Source: Entomortierella parvispora E1425
Lineage: Eukaryota; Fungi; Mortierellomycota
Reading direction: 5' to 3'
Length of the DNA: 64,000 nt
NCBI GenBank assembly: GCA_020891255.1
Contig: BQFW01000014.1
Span: 992,001 to 1,056,000, forward strand
Position numbers and translations under genes: made by a program. Within the stretch, counting starts at the first letter, position 1. Each line of letters starts with the position of its first letter. Below, one piece after another: positions 40,295 through 50,407 of this stretch. Under the pieces are notes generated by a model. That model was not told the DNA's origin. It saw nothing but the letters and a program-made list of their open reading frames with translations, and searched no databases.

Positions 40295-43029
40295 GTAAGT
40301 AGCCAAGGCCATTTTTTGTTCTACCAAACATCAAGCTAGAGTTCACATCAAGCAAAATAACTAATCACGCTCCGTGCAACCTTCTGTTAGACATCATTGT
40401 GGACGGCATTCCTGTGAAGGACGCTGCGCTCAAGATCTTGGACAATTACTACGAACACAAGGATGTCAAGGAGGCCATTGAAAAAATCGATCCCTCGGAT
40501 GTCGAGATGAAGGAAAACCAACGAGCGTCTTCCAAGAGGATATTCATCGATGGCGTAGAGACTCCACTCAGTGACGACGTAAAGCTCACAAGAGCAAACT
40601 TGGAGAATCAGACTCGAGATAAAGTCATCGACCTGAAGAAGCGCATGCTTGCGGCCGGCAAGGTTCGCCGCCAGGTACTCAAAAGCCGAAAGGAAAAGTC
40701 GACACAGCAGTAAGTCATCATGTCAGAACAAATACAGACAGAGCCACGATTGAAAGCTTCATCTTGCTGACACTTCTTTTTACATTGACACCTTTGATCG
40801 CAAATAGAACAAGCGTAGAAAAGTACAAGAGAAAGAGGTACAACCGCTTCAAGACTGTTCAGTGCCCGCGCCTCGATGACCCGTCACACCCAGGCTATTC
40901 TGCCAGGCCGGATGACAGTGCGACACCCGATCCAGCACGTCAAGAGCGTCAAGCACGTCAACATCTCCATCGCCAAAGTGTCAACGCACGCCGATTGACA
41001 CGTGATGACAACATGGCCATTCGTGCTGGGCGCTGCAAGGCCGAGTACAAGAGCAAAGGATTTCACAAGATGCCTTCCAAACAGTTTGCCATCAAAGTTC
41101 ACTGTGTCGGAGGCGCAGGCACGCAGGTCAATGCGACCTTGGGGGATCCGCCAAAGGATCTGGAATTCAAGCCATTCAAGCCATTCGATCCAGACTATGG
41201 CAAAAAAAACAAAGACCCCGAGAACCCCGAGGCAAGGACCAAGCCCGAGACCAAGCCCAAGCAGAGCCAAAAGAAGACGACAAGAAAGTCTGGGCAGACT
41301 CCAAAGACTCCAAAGGCACCCAAGCCGGCCACTCCACCCAGCAACCGCGCCTTGAGAAAATCGTTCTTTCTCAAAAGTCTGACTGGTCGTCACGCATGCA
41401 AAACACTGAATACGGGCCAGCTGGGAAGCAATATTGACAAGGCGATCAGCGCATCGTGGTTGGCTGAACACTCAAACAAAACAAAGTACAACACCTTAAG
41501 GAAGTTGACCCAAAACGACGTCAGACTGGCAGTTGTCAAGACCATGCGGCGCATTGCACGGGTCGCCAACGAGCTGTTGCGCCATGGGCAGGATGCCGTT
41601 GGGTTGTACATCACCGACACCAAGGATTTGCGGCCCTTGAAGGAAGCTTTGTTTCTGCCAAAGAAATTGAGGGACGCCGCTGAAGCTGCCAAAGCCGCGG
41701 CCAGTATTGCTCGCACTGCTGCCGAAGCTGATCCTACCAACACTGATGTCGCCACTGCTTTGGCAGCCGCCGACGCCGCCGCCGCCACTGCGATTGCCAA
41801 TGCCGACGTCGATAGCATTATCAACAATGCAGGCAAGAAGAGGCTGGCGAATATCGAAAAGAAAAAGGGCTCGCGTCGTCGCAGGGGCAGCAAGACGAAA
41901 AGTGCTGACACTCCCGGGTCCGGTCCAACCGGTATGGACGTTGACGCACTTGCTGTTGGTCTTTCCGATATGGATATTGACACGTCTAGCCTTGGCCCCA
42001 TGGACATGGACATTGACTCGCCTGCTCCCGCTCCTGTCTCGAGTCCCAAGGAGGACATGGACTCTGATGATGAAGTCAACGTGGATGATGAGGAGGAGGA
42101 ACTCGAGGAGGACGACGATGCACCTGACGAAGACAACACTGGGGACGGTGACGACGACGAGGGAGACATTGAGGATGAATCGGGAATGAAGGGGGACAAT
42201 GGTGGCTTCATGGTGTCTCTGCTCAGGTATTTTCGACACCAATTTGAAATTGGTCAGGGAAACACCAACCGCCACCTCATTGAAGATATTCGCTCGTTAT
42301 ACTCCAAAGTTAATACCAACTTTGACGAGTCCACGCTCCTCGTCTTGACTGGGATTCAGGCTAAAGGGTCGAGAAATGTGTACCTGGAAGGCGGTATTGT
42401 GGCTCAACTGGGCATCCGTTTAGCATGTCAGTTGCGGAGGTATTTTATTGATCAGGCGGCCGGCATTGCGACGAGTCTTCCTCAGTCCCCCATAAGGAAC
42501 GGCTACATCAGGCTAAGCGAGCTGGACCTTTGGAACCATTTCCAGTATGTTTGGGATATATTCAACTTTATCATGGTTATACGGAACGCCGAAAAAGACC
42601 CTCCAAGGCCTTCCTGCATCCACCCAACAGAACTTCAAGCTAGAACTCAACGAATTACCTCCCGGCTGGCTCCTCACAAAGCTGGTGACACCCCTCGGCA
42701 AGGGGAGACAAAGACAAGGTCACCACTGCCACGATCCAAGAGATGTCTGATCTGAGAGCATACCTGGTAAATGATGCCTCGGACAAGAGTGTTAGCTCGA
42801 GCGAGTTCTTGATGGCACAGCGGAGGATACCAGATGCTACCAACCTGGTGCGCGGACAACCAAAAAACTTTTTGCCGTCGTATCTACACAGAGGATCGAT
42901 CGTCACCAATGGGTCCCACGCCTACCTCTCAACTGTTGATCTCCGGATTCGGAAGCAACAACGATTTATCACAGAGATATTCGAGGAGGGAGGGTTCCGC
43001 AGGAGACATGTCCTCTCCCCCTGATAATC

Positions 43030-44241
43030 GAAAGTTGCTACCAAACTTGTCAACAGCCGTCCCTAGCCAGGAATCACTGACGGCAATGTTTCCAGACACA
43101 ACCAGGGTGGACATTGGCGCGATTGACCTTGGCAAGGAGTTTATGGTCGGATTTGCCTGCAAGCGCTATGACAGTGACGACTTTATCTATACGATCAGTG
43201 CAAAGACAAGGGCAGTGTACCAACCGTCCAATCGACGTCGGAGCGAAGTCAACAGATTGAAGAACAACACCATCATTGACATCCCGGTTGGAGAGAGCGC
43301 CAAGTTGATCCCACCACGCAAGTTCACTCCAGGAATGACCACGACTGGTCAGGCCATAGCAATGTATGAAACAAGGCTAGAGTCGATGGACAACAACCCA
43401 AAGGGACGGATCCAGGAAAAGTTGACCCCAGAGTACCATTTACTCTCTTCGTTCTACAACAAAGGCCATCGACATCAAAAGAGTGAGGCACAAACGAAGC
43501 GTGCGACAACGGCAGAGCTAGACATTCTGACCAACCATATCTTAACAGCCATGGGGACACATCTGCGCGTGCAAGAGGATGGTCAGCCCAGACCGAGGGG
43601 AGTAATTTCCATCGGGCAGGACGGGAAGCGTGGGTTCTCGTCGGTGTCAAAGGGCTACGAGATGTCCAAGCACAACACGTTTCTGGACCACTTTGTGCCA
43701 CGGGTAATTTTTTTTCTTTCACCTCTTTTTTTTTTTTTTTTTTTTTTTTCGGATCTGTCAAGGTCCAGTCAACAAGAACAAGAGACTAACAGTTGTTCCA
43801 CGATTCATGTCTACAACCATTGCAACTAGGCCCGAAGACTTGGCTACATCATTGTTGGTTTGCCAGAGTATTATACCTCCCGCCGTTGCCCAAAGTGTCA
43901 GAGCAGCGGCATCTCCGAGCAGGACTTTGTGGGCTATATAGGAATACGCCGTGCCCATTGTGTCCGCTGTGGGACATGGTTCCACCGGGATCTTCTTGCT
44001 GCTTCCAACATGGTCGTAGCGACCAGGTACTACCTGGACCACCTCTCGCGCCCTGCCTACCTTTTGCCAATCACAAAGGACGAGAAATTTGTCTTTGACC
44101 AAAGGTATGGACCCAACCTTCCACCGGGTGTGCCAGCCAACAAAATCATTCGCCGTGGTGAATCTGGTGATCAGCCAGACATTGCCAGTTCGAGCAGTTC
44201 AAGCGCACCACCACCTCCTCCACCACCAGCGTCGCCGCCAG
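43030..44241 (+). CDS. TnpB/Fanzor-type RuvC nuclease domain with zinc finger (two exons)
   Basis: RuvC-I IGAIDLG (D 43125). After the phase-0 intron 43704-43829: ARRLGYIIVGLPEYYTSRRCPKC (E 43866), HCVRC, and WFHRDLLAASNM (D 43989). Confidence 0.88.
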
Positions 44242-45420
44242 GTAAGGCAACTCTGCTGCTCGTGCTTTTATAGGTTATAGACCATGTGCTGCTGAATGTC
44301 CTCTTGACGTCCTCTTGACCACATTTCACATTGTATTTTCTCAGGCACTCCGCAGACACCAAAGTTGAGCCGAAAGGACGCCCAAAAGCAGAGGCAAGCA
44401 CAGACTCTAGCCCAGCTTGGCTCAGGGTCAGCTGCAGGGTCAAGTTCTACGCAAGTGCAGGCAGAAGGCCCTCCACCAAAGAAGCGACGCACTCGTCCTG
44501 CTGCAAAGAGGACGGCACCGCAGACGCCGGCACAGATACCGCAAGGATCATGGACAAGTTCAGCTCTGGGTTCGCAAACGCACAGTCAGGCTCAGGCCCA
44601 GACACAGGCCCAGGCGTCATGGACACCAGAGCAAAGGTCGTTTCTTTCACCCACTCAGTCATCACAAAGACAAAGCTATGCTGCCATTGCAGCAGTGGGA
44701 GTGGCACAGGCACAGGCACGGCAAGGACCAGCATCAGCGTCAAGTTCGCAAGCTCGTTCACGGATGCAACCCCAAACACGACAGCAGACACAGAGTCAGC
44801 CGCAGAGTCAGCCACAGACCGGGGCACAGAGACCACCCATGCGGTTGTGGTCCTACGCAGAGTCAGTGCGAGGAAGGCAAGCCGAAGCAGGATCATCCAC
44901 AGGAGGTGAGTGAATCGCCCAATTGCTCCACAATTATATCCATTCGTTATCTAACACAGGCGCCGACCATTTCTTTGACTGTCCATCGCAACAGGTCCCA
45001 TTCGCCGTGGCCAGTCCATTCACCCGCAAGCAGGGCAGCAAACAGGCAAGTCCATGGGAGCGTTCAAAAAGCGAGACCACTTTCTAACATGGATGTATAT
45101 TCATCCTTTCTTGTAGGCTTGGCCTTCTCGGCATCGCCCTCTACCCCATCGCCGGCCGCTACATCAGCCTCAGCCTCAGCGTCATCTTCTTCTGCACCCA
45201 GGCGACAGCAGCAGCAGCAGCAAGGTAGATGCAGCAACCTCCTCGAGTCATCCAACGCACTTGATACTCACTGTCACCATGGTTGACCACTTTTCGCAAT
45301 CATCACAATAGATCCAACAGCAGGATCAGCATCTTCATCCCTCAGCGATACTAACAAACTCGCGTAATCTACCTTATAGTAGAACTGGGTAAGAAAAAGT
45401 TCTTGTTCAAAAGGCAAAGG

Positions 45421-45452
45421 CAAGCGACATGCTACAAGCGACATGCTTCAAG
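45421..45452. repeat. Tandem repeat CAAGCGACATGCT x2 (14-nt period) plus a partial third unit
   Basis: Units at 45421-45433 and 45435-45447, then CAAG at 45449. Lies inside the predicted last intron of the Fanzor-like gene. Confidence 0.85.
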
Positions 45453-45744
45453 TCTTTCTAACACGTTGATCACCTCTCTTTTCGTCTCTACAGGTTTTGC
45501 TCCGGGTAGGTCACTATTTTTTTTTTTTTTTTTGCAAAGGTCGCATGTGAAATTGTGATTTTTGTGAATCGTCGTGAAAACTAATCTAAGCCACCCTTGA
45601 CCAATAGCGAAGCCCGCAGCTGCAGACTGCACACTCTCTGGTTGCGCCCCCGGATAGATAGTCCCTGCCTGCCATAAAGCCTCCCTTGGAATCTTGCAGG
45701 ACCGATAGCTCCTTTTTACATCACGAATACAAGCACGACCCATT

Positions 45745-46827
45745 ATGACCGCCGAAAGCATCTACTCCATTCCATCCAAGGATCAAAGAGCGGAATGGGC
45801 AGAGTAAATGTCCACCATGCAAAACTGAGGTTGTGTTCTCTGCTCTCTCTAACGCGTCTTGTAATCTTATATGACTGTGTAGAGAGCAATCAGTCCTCAA
45901 AACAAACTTGGTTGTTGAGGACGACCATCCAGACTGGTGGCTCTCGCTGGTCAAACCTGAAGACGAAGAGAACAATCCCTTTGAGCTACAGTCAACCCAG
46001 GGGCTGAAATACGTCGGAGGCGTGGATCTCAGCTTTATTGTCGGTAACAATGAAGATGCAATCGCATCTTTGATCATCCTGTCATACCCAAAACTCGAGG
46101 TGAGTATGAGGAAGATAAAAGGCACAAATGGGCAGACTTTTTTTTTTCCAGAATACAAGTACTCTTGAATGTTGTTCTGATATTCTTTCCAATGGCGTCT
46201 TCTTATCCGTTTCTTCCTTAGGTCGTGTATGAGAACCACGCAAAGGTCAAATTGACCCTTCCTTACATCGCGGGATACCTAGCTTTTCGAGAAGTTCAGC
46301 CCCTAATGTCGCTCATCAACACCCTGCGAGACACGCGCCCTGAGCTCGTACCGCAAGTGATCTTGGTCGATGGCTGTGGTATTTTGCACCCACGCGGGTT
46401 CGGACTTGCCAGCCACCTTGGTCTTTTATCCAATATCCCAACCATTGGATGTTCAAAAAACTTCCTTGTCATTGACAATGAGGGTCCAGTGTTGGGTGCT
46501 CAACCAACGGAGCTCAAGAACATCTTCAAAAGCTATGTGGCCAAGCATGCAGAAGAGAAAGGATTGATGTTGCTCAAAGGCGAGGTCTCGGGCAAGGTCT
46601 ATGGTGCGGCTCTGTCTGCTGCGACAAAACGATCTCCAGCAGGTCCTCAAAACCCGATTTTTGTGTCCATTGGACACAAGGTCTCATTGGCGACAGCGGT
46701 GGCCCTGGTGCGGGCATGTTCTTTGTACAGAGTCCCGGAACCCATCCGACAAGCAGATCAAAAGAGTCGGACAGAGATTCGCAAGTGGTGTGAACAACAG
46801 GAGAGGGAGAAGCAGAAGCAGGAGTAA
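45745..46827 (+). CDS. ENDOV: Endonuclease V (inosine-specific nuclease), 3 exons
   Basis: ATG 45745. Spliced WAEEQSVLKTNLVVEDD, GGVDLSF, PYIAGYLAFREV, ILVDGCGILHPRGFGLASHLG, IPTIGCSKN, PIFVSIGH, YRVPEPIRQAD. Confidence 0.95.
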
Positions 46828-47026
46828 TAGCAAGGGGTGAAACCAACAGCCAGCCGTTCATTTTTGGGAATAAAATGGAGTGAAGATCTCCGCGTGGGTT
46901 TTCCCCTTTTGGGCACAGGGGATGGGGATTGAATAGGATGGCACCACCTATTTCTCTGTCTCGTGCTGCTCTCTTTTATTTTTCTCTCCCTCATCCCAAG
47001 CTCCAGTCTCCACTAAAATCACCACC

Positions 47027-47595
47027 ATGATCAGCAAGATTGTCCATTACGCTGCCGACGCCGTTCTTATCTCAGCCGTCCTTGCCGGCATCAAGCGAAG
47101 CACCGTATGGACAATGTTGACTCTGTTCGCAATTGAGAATGCAAGCTAACAAGAACTCAGCAAGGCACAAGTTCTAACACACAGTCTTTTCCATTCACCA
47201 TTTCACCATCTGGCATTACTACATTTGCCTTCACATATCTCTGCTACAATCTCTCTTGGAAAACGATCCATCATCAGGGCTTGAGGTAGGTTCATGGGAT
47301 CCAACAAAGCCATCATGGTTCGACTGGAGGGCGTTTGCTTCATCCTATTTTTTCTTCCGTGGCTCAGAACAGGGAGGGGAAGGAACACGGACCATCTCGG
47401 GAGCAACTTCGCGTTCTTCGACTGATCCTTTTTTCTTTTTATTATTATTCTTTGTTGTGTAGCGTCGCCACGACCAAGATTGATAACCAGGATGTTCGTA
47501 CTTATGTCGAGAAGTACTTGACCGTGGGCGAATGGGTTGTTGACCAGGGCACCGCCTTCATGTCTGCCTCCCAATACTTTGAGCGCAAGCGTTAA
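47027..47595 (+). CDS. Small DUF1748-family fungal protein with an 8-nt microexon
   Basis: Exon 1 47027-47104 (MISKIVHYAADAVLISAVLAGIKRST), microexon 47278-47285 (AG|GGCTTGAG|GT) and exon 3 47463-47595 (...DVRTYVEKYLTVGEWVVD...YFERKR*). Confidence 0.85.
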
Positions 47596-48288
47596 GAAAC
47601 TAATTAAAAAAAACACGCGATTTAGACACTCAAACACCTGAAAGTAGAATGGCGACCACTCCATTAGTGTTGCATACTAACCATGTCTCATTGGGTTGAC
47701 GAAACAATAGTCTTTTTTCTCAGGTATCGACTTGGGTTCACTTCAAAGGTCATTGCCCATTTCTGTCTCTTCTAGTTCGGATTGTTTTTTTTTATTCTGT
47801 TACATTTTTGTTGTTGTTGTTGTTGTTGTTGTTGTTGGGGGGGGGGAGGAATTTGGTGTTTTTTGGTGTTTTCCATGCATCTTCCTAGGAAGATGGGAGC
47901 ACAGAAGACTTTTTATTTTTATTTTTTTATTCGTTAAAAGTTGCTGTTCACACGAGCGTGTGTAGAATCTCGTCAAAATATGAATCATGGCACTCATTGC
48001 GCGTTCAAAGGAGCAACAGCGCAGACTCTTAAGGACCAGCCTCGAAGAAAGAAGTGTGGCGATCAATGAGACAGGGAGCATTGGCCACAGGGCAAAGTGA
48101 ACAGAAAAAAAAAAACAGAAATTGAAGAGGGGAGGCGGACAAAACCAAGGAGAATCAAAGACAGAAGAACTGAGATGAAAGATCATAAATAGTAACTAAA
48201 TGGGGTCTATCCTATTGAAAACTGAACGGATTCATGAAGACGGACCTGATTTCCTTCACGAGCATCTCACTGAACCTTCCAATGACTT

Positions 48289-50407
48289 TTAGGATCCCTT
48301 GACAGCAGTCCCCTTCTTTTTGGGCCTCTTCGTAGGCGCTCTGGCAGGTAGCGTCCAGCTCGGAGTGGGCTTGAGCTTGGGCTTGGGCGCACGAGTCGAC
48401 GCAGCGTGTTTAGCACCAACTCCAGAAGAGGATGGGAGCGATCCAGGAATTTTGGCAGGTAGCGTCCAGCTCGGAGTAGGCTTAAGCTTGGTCTTAGGTG
48501 CACGAGTCGACACAGCGTGTGTAGCGCCAGTCGCAGAAGATGATGGCAACGGTGCGGGAATGACTGCTAGATCTTGATCGCAGAAGATGCTGTAGCATGG
48601 CTGGGTATTGGGGGATGGCGAATGAGACGGAGAAGGAGACGGTGAAGCGGGTGGATGATGGGATGGATGATGGGATGGTGAATGAGTTGGTGGAGGAGGT
48701 GGAGAAGGAGCTGGTGGAGGAGGTGGAGAAGGAGCTGGTGGAGGAGACGGTGAAGGAGCTGGTGGAGGAGACGATGGAGACGATGATGGAGATGGCGAGG
48801 GAGACGGTGATGCGCCTGGGTCTTCGTTCGCTCCTTGTGAACAGAAGAGGTCGTAGCATGGAGCCGGCAAAGGCGAAGGAGACGGCGGCACCGGAGCATG
48901 CGAATGGTGGGCAGGCGTAGTCTTTGCGGGGGGTGGGGATGAAGGAGATGGCGGTGCCGGCACATGCGAATGGTGGGCAGGTGTGGTCTTTGCAGGGGGC
49001 GGCGGCGAAGGCGAGGGTGGAGGTGGTGGAGGAGACGATGGAGACGATGATGGAGATGGCGAGGGAGACGGTGATGCGCCTGGGTCTTCGTTCGCTCCTT
49101 GTGAACAGAAGAGGTCGTAGCATGGAGCCGGCAAAGGCGAAGGAGACGGCGGCACCGGGGCATGCGAATGGTGGGCAGGCGTAGTCTTTGCGGGGGGTGG
49201 GGATGAAGGAGACGGCGGTGCCGGCACATGCGAATGGTGGGCAGGTGTGGTCTTTGCAGGGGGCGGCGGCGAAGGCGAGGGTGGAGGTGATGGTGATGGT
49301 GGGGGCGAGGGGGAGGGAGCAGGCTGAAGAGCTTTGTTGTTGTGCAGGAACTTTGCCGCGCTGGTAGCCAAACCAGAGTAGCGGGCGATGCCAGCATCCC
49401 ACATCATTACGCCACCAAAATTGGAGTACGAAGAGACCGCGTTCATGATCTTGTTCAATTGACTGCCATCAACCGTGCCTTCTCCAGCAGCACCGGGCCC
49501 GCCTGGAACGCCCAAAAGAATACGCACGTTTTTGTTCTTGGCGGTATGAGTAGCCCACTTGTTCCAAGTGTCAAAGTTGAAAGCGGATGTGTCAAACTTG
49601 TCCACGCCACAATCGTTGTTGTAGAATTGAACCCAGACCAGGTCGAACCATGAGTGATCCAATGCAAAAGAAGTGAACTCATCCGGGTAGGGGCACTGAG
49701 GGGCTGCCGTAATGTAGTACGTTCGTGAGCTATCACCCTCAAACTTGTCACGCAACTCATCCACAAATGAGGCGTAGCCTATTTGCATGCCACCTTTCTC
49801 CAAGTCGAGGTCGATTCCATCCAGGATTACATCGCCAAATGGTCGAGTATCAGACGAGCCACCAAGAAACATATTCCAGATTTGCTCCGCGAAGGCCTTG
49901 CCCGCAGGATCGAGCATGAGGGTATAGGACCCGTCAGCGCCTCCAATCGACAGAATAATAGCTTTTCCGTTGTCTTGGCAGGTTTTGATGTCTTTGCCTA
50001 CATCGGGGCAGTTGAGGATGTCCGTGCCGTCGAATGTGTCACTGCAATGGCCCGCGAGGTTCAATATTGGGACACCTTCGATGTTGATATCATCGATAAA
50101 TCCAAGAACAAGGACATTGATGGTGTCATCCTCGCAGTATTGAGCAAGGGGACCCTCGGATTTGCCCTGGACGATTGTTGAGAGCGAGCTGAAAGATGGA
50201 GTAAAAATGTCAATAAATTGATTGGAAATTGTGAGTAAATATGAACATGGAGTAGTGCTCAGGGATCCAGTGAGTGTGTGAGGATGTCGCATACTCTTGG
50301 CCCCAATAGTTGACAACGTTAGTCTTGCTCAGTGGGTCAAAGGCCACGGCACTCTGCGACATTACTGTCAGGCCCAGAATCCCAAGAAGGCAAGCACGAA
50401 TATTCAT
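48289..50407 (-). CDS. Secreted GH18 chitinase (class III / Cts1-hevamine type) with a long Pro/Ser repeat tail
   Basis: Signal peptide from ATG 50407. NVVNYWGQ, IILSIGGA, catalytic LDGIDLDLE, ITAAPQCPYPD, VQFYNN, GGVMMWD. Confidence 0.95.
48761..49288. repeat. Near-perfect 264-bp (88-aa) tandem duplication in the chitinase tail
   Basis: The sequence starting GGTGGAGGAGACGATGGAGA recurs at 48761 and 49025. Each unit holds two PAKTTPAHHSH subrepeats and one PCYDLFCSQG motif. Confidence 0.93.

Larger units (their letters stand above)
39385..45509 (+). mobile_element. Fanzor (eukaryotic TnpB-like) gene fused to an N-terminal FEN1/XPG-like nuclease; intron-containing, no transposase or TIRs seen, three apparent +1 frame changes
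   Basis: ATG 39385 (MGGPGLL, like the XPG-family MGxxGL start). In-frame introns at 40295-40390, 40710-40807, 43704-43829, 44242-44344 and 44906-44959, with further candidates at 45046-45116 (GC-AG), 45225-45311 and 45389-45493. RuvC motifs AIDLG, PEYYTS and HRD plus a zinc finger. The 3' end is tentative. Confidence 0.8.

Noticed and set aside
41390-42275. Two long minus-strand ORFs (273 and 259 aa) inside the Fanzor-like gene
   Set aside because: They are antisense to the Ala/Asp/Glu low-complexity segment and show no transposase (DDE, Y1/HUH, serine recombinase) motifs.
44331-45286. Overlapping alternative-frame ORFs (192, 289 and 149 aa) in the Fanzor tail
   Set aside because: They arise from CAG/GCA-rich repeats that lack stops in several frames. 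Only the frame of ORF 44365..44913 is splice-compatible with the RuvC exon.
45421-45452. Possible CRISPR-like or guide array next to the RNA-guided nuclease
   Set aside because: Only two 13-nt units separated by one base and no spacers. It is a simple tandem duplication.
48494-49402. Alternative-frame ORFs (302 and 276 aa) in the chitinase tail
   Set aside because: By-products of the Pro/Ser tandem repeats.
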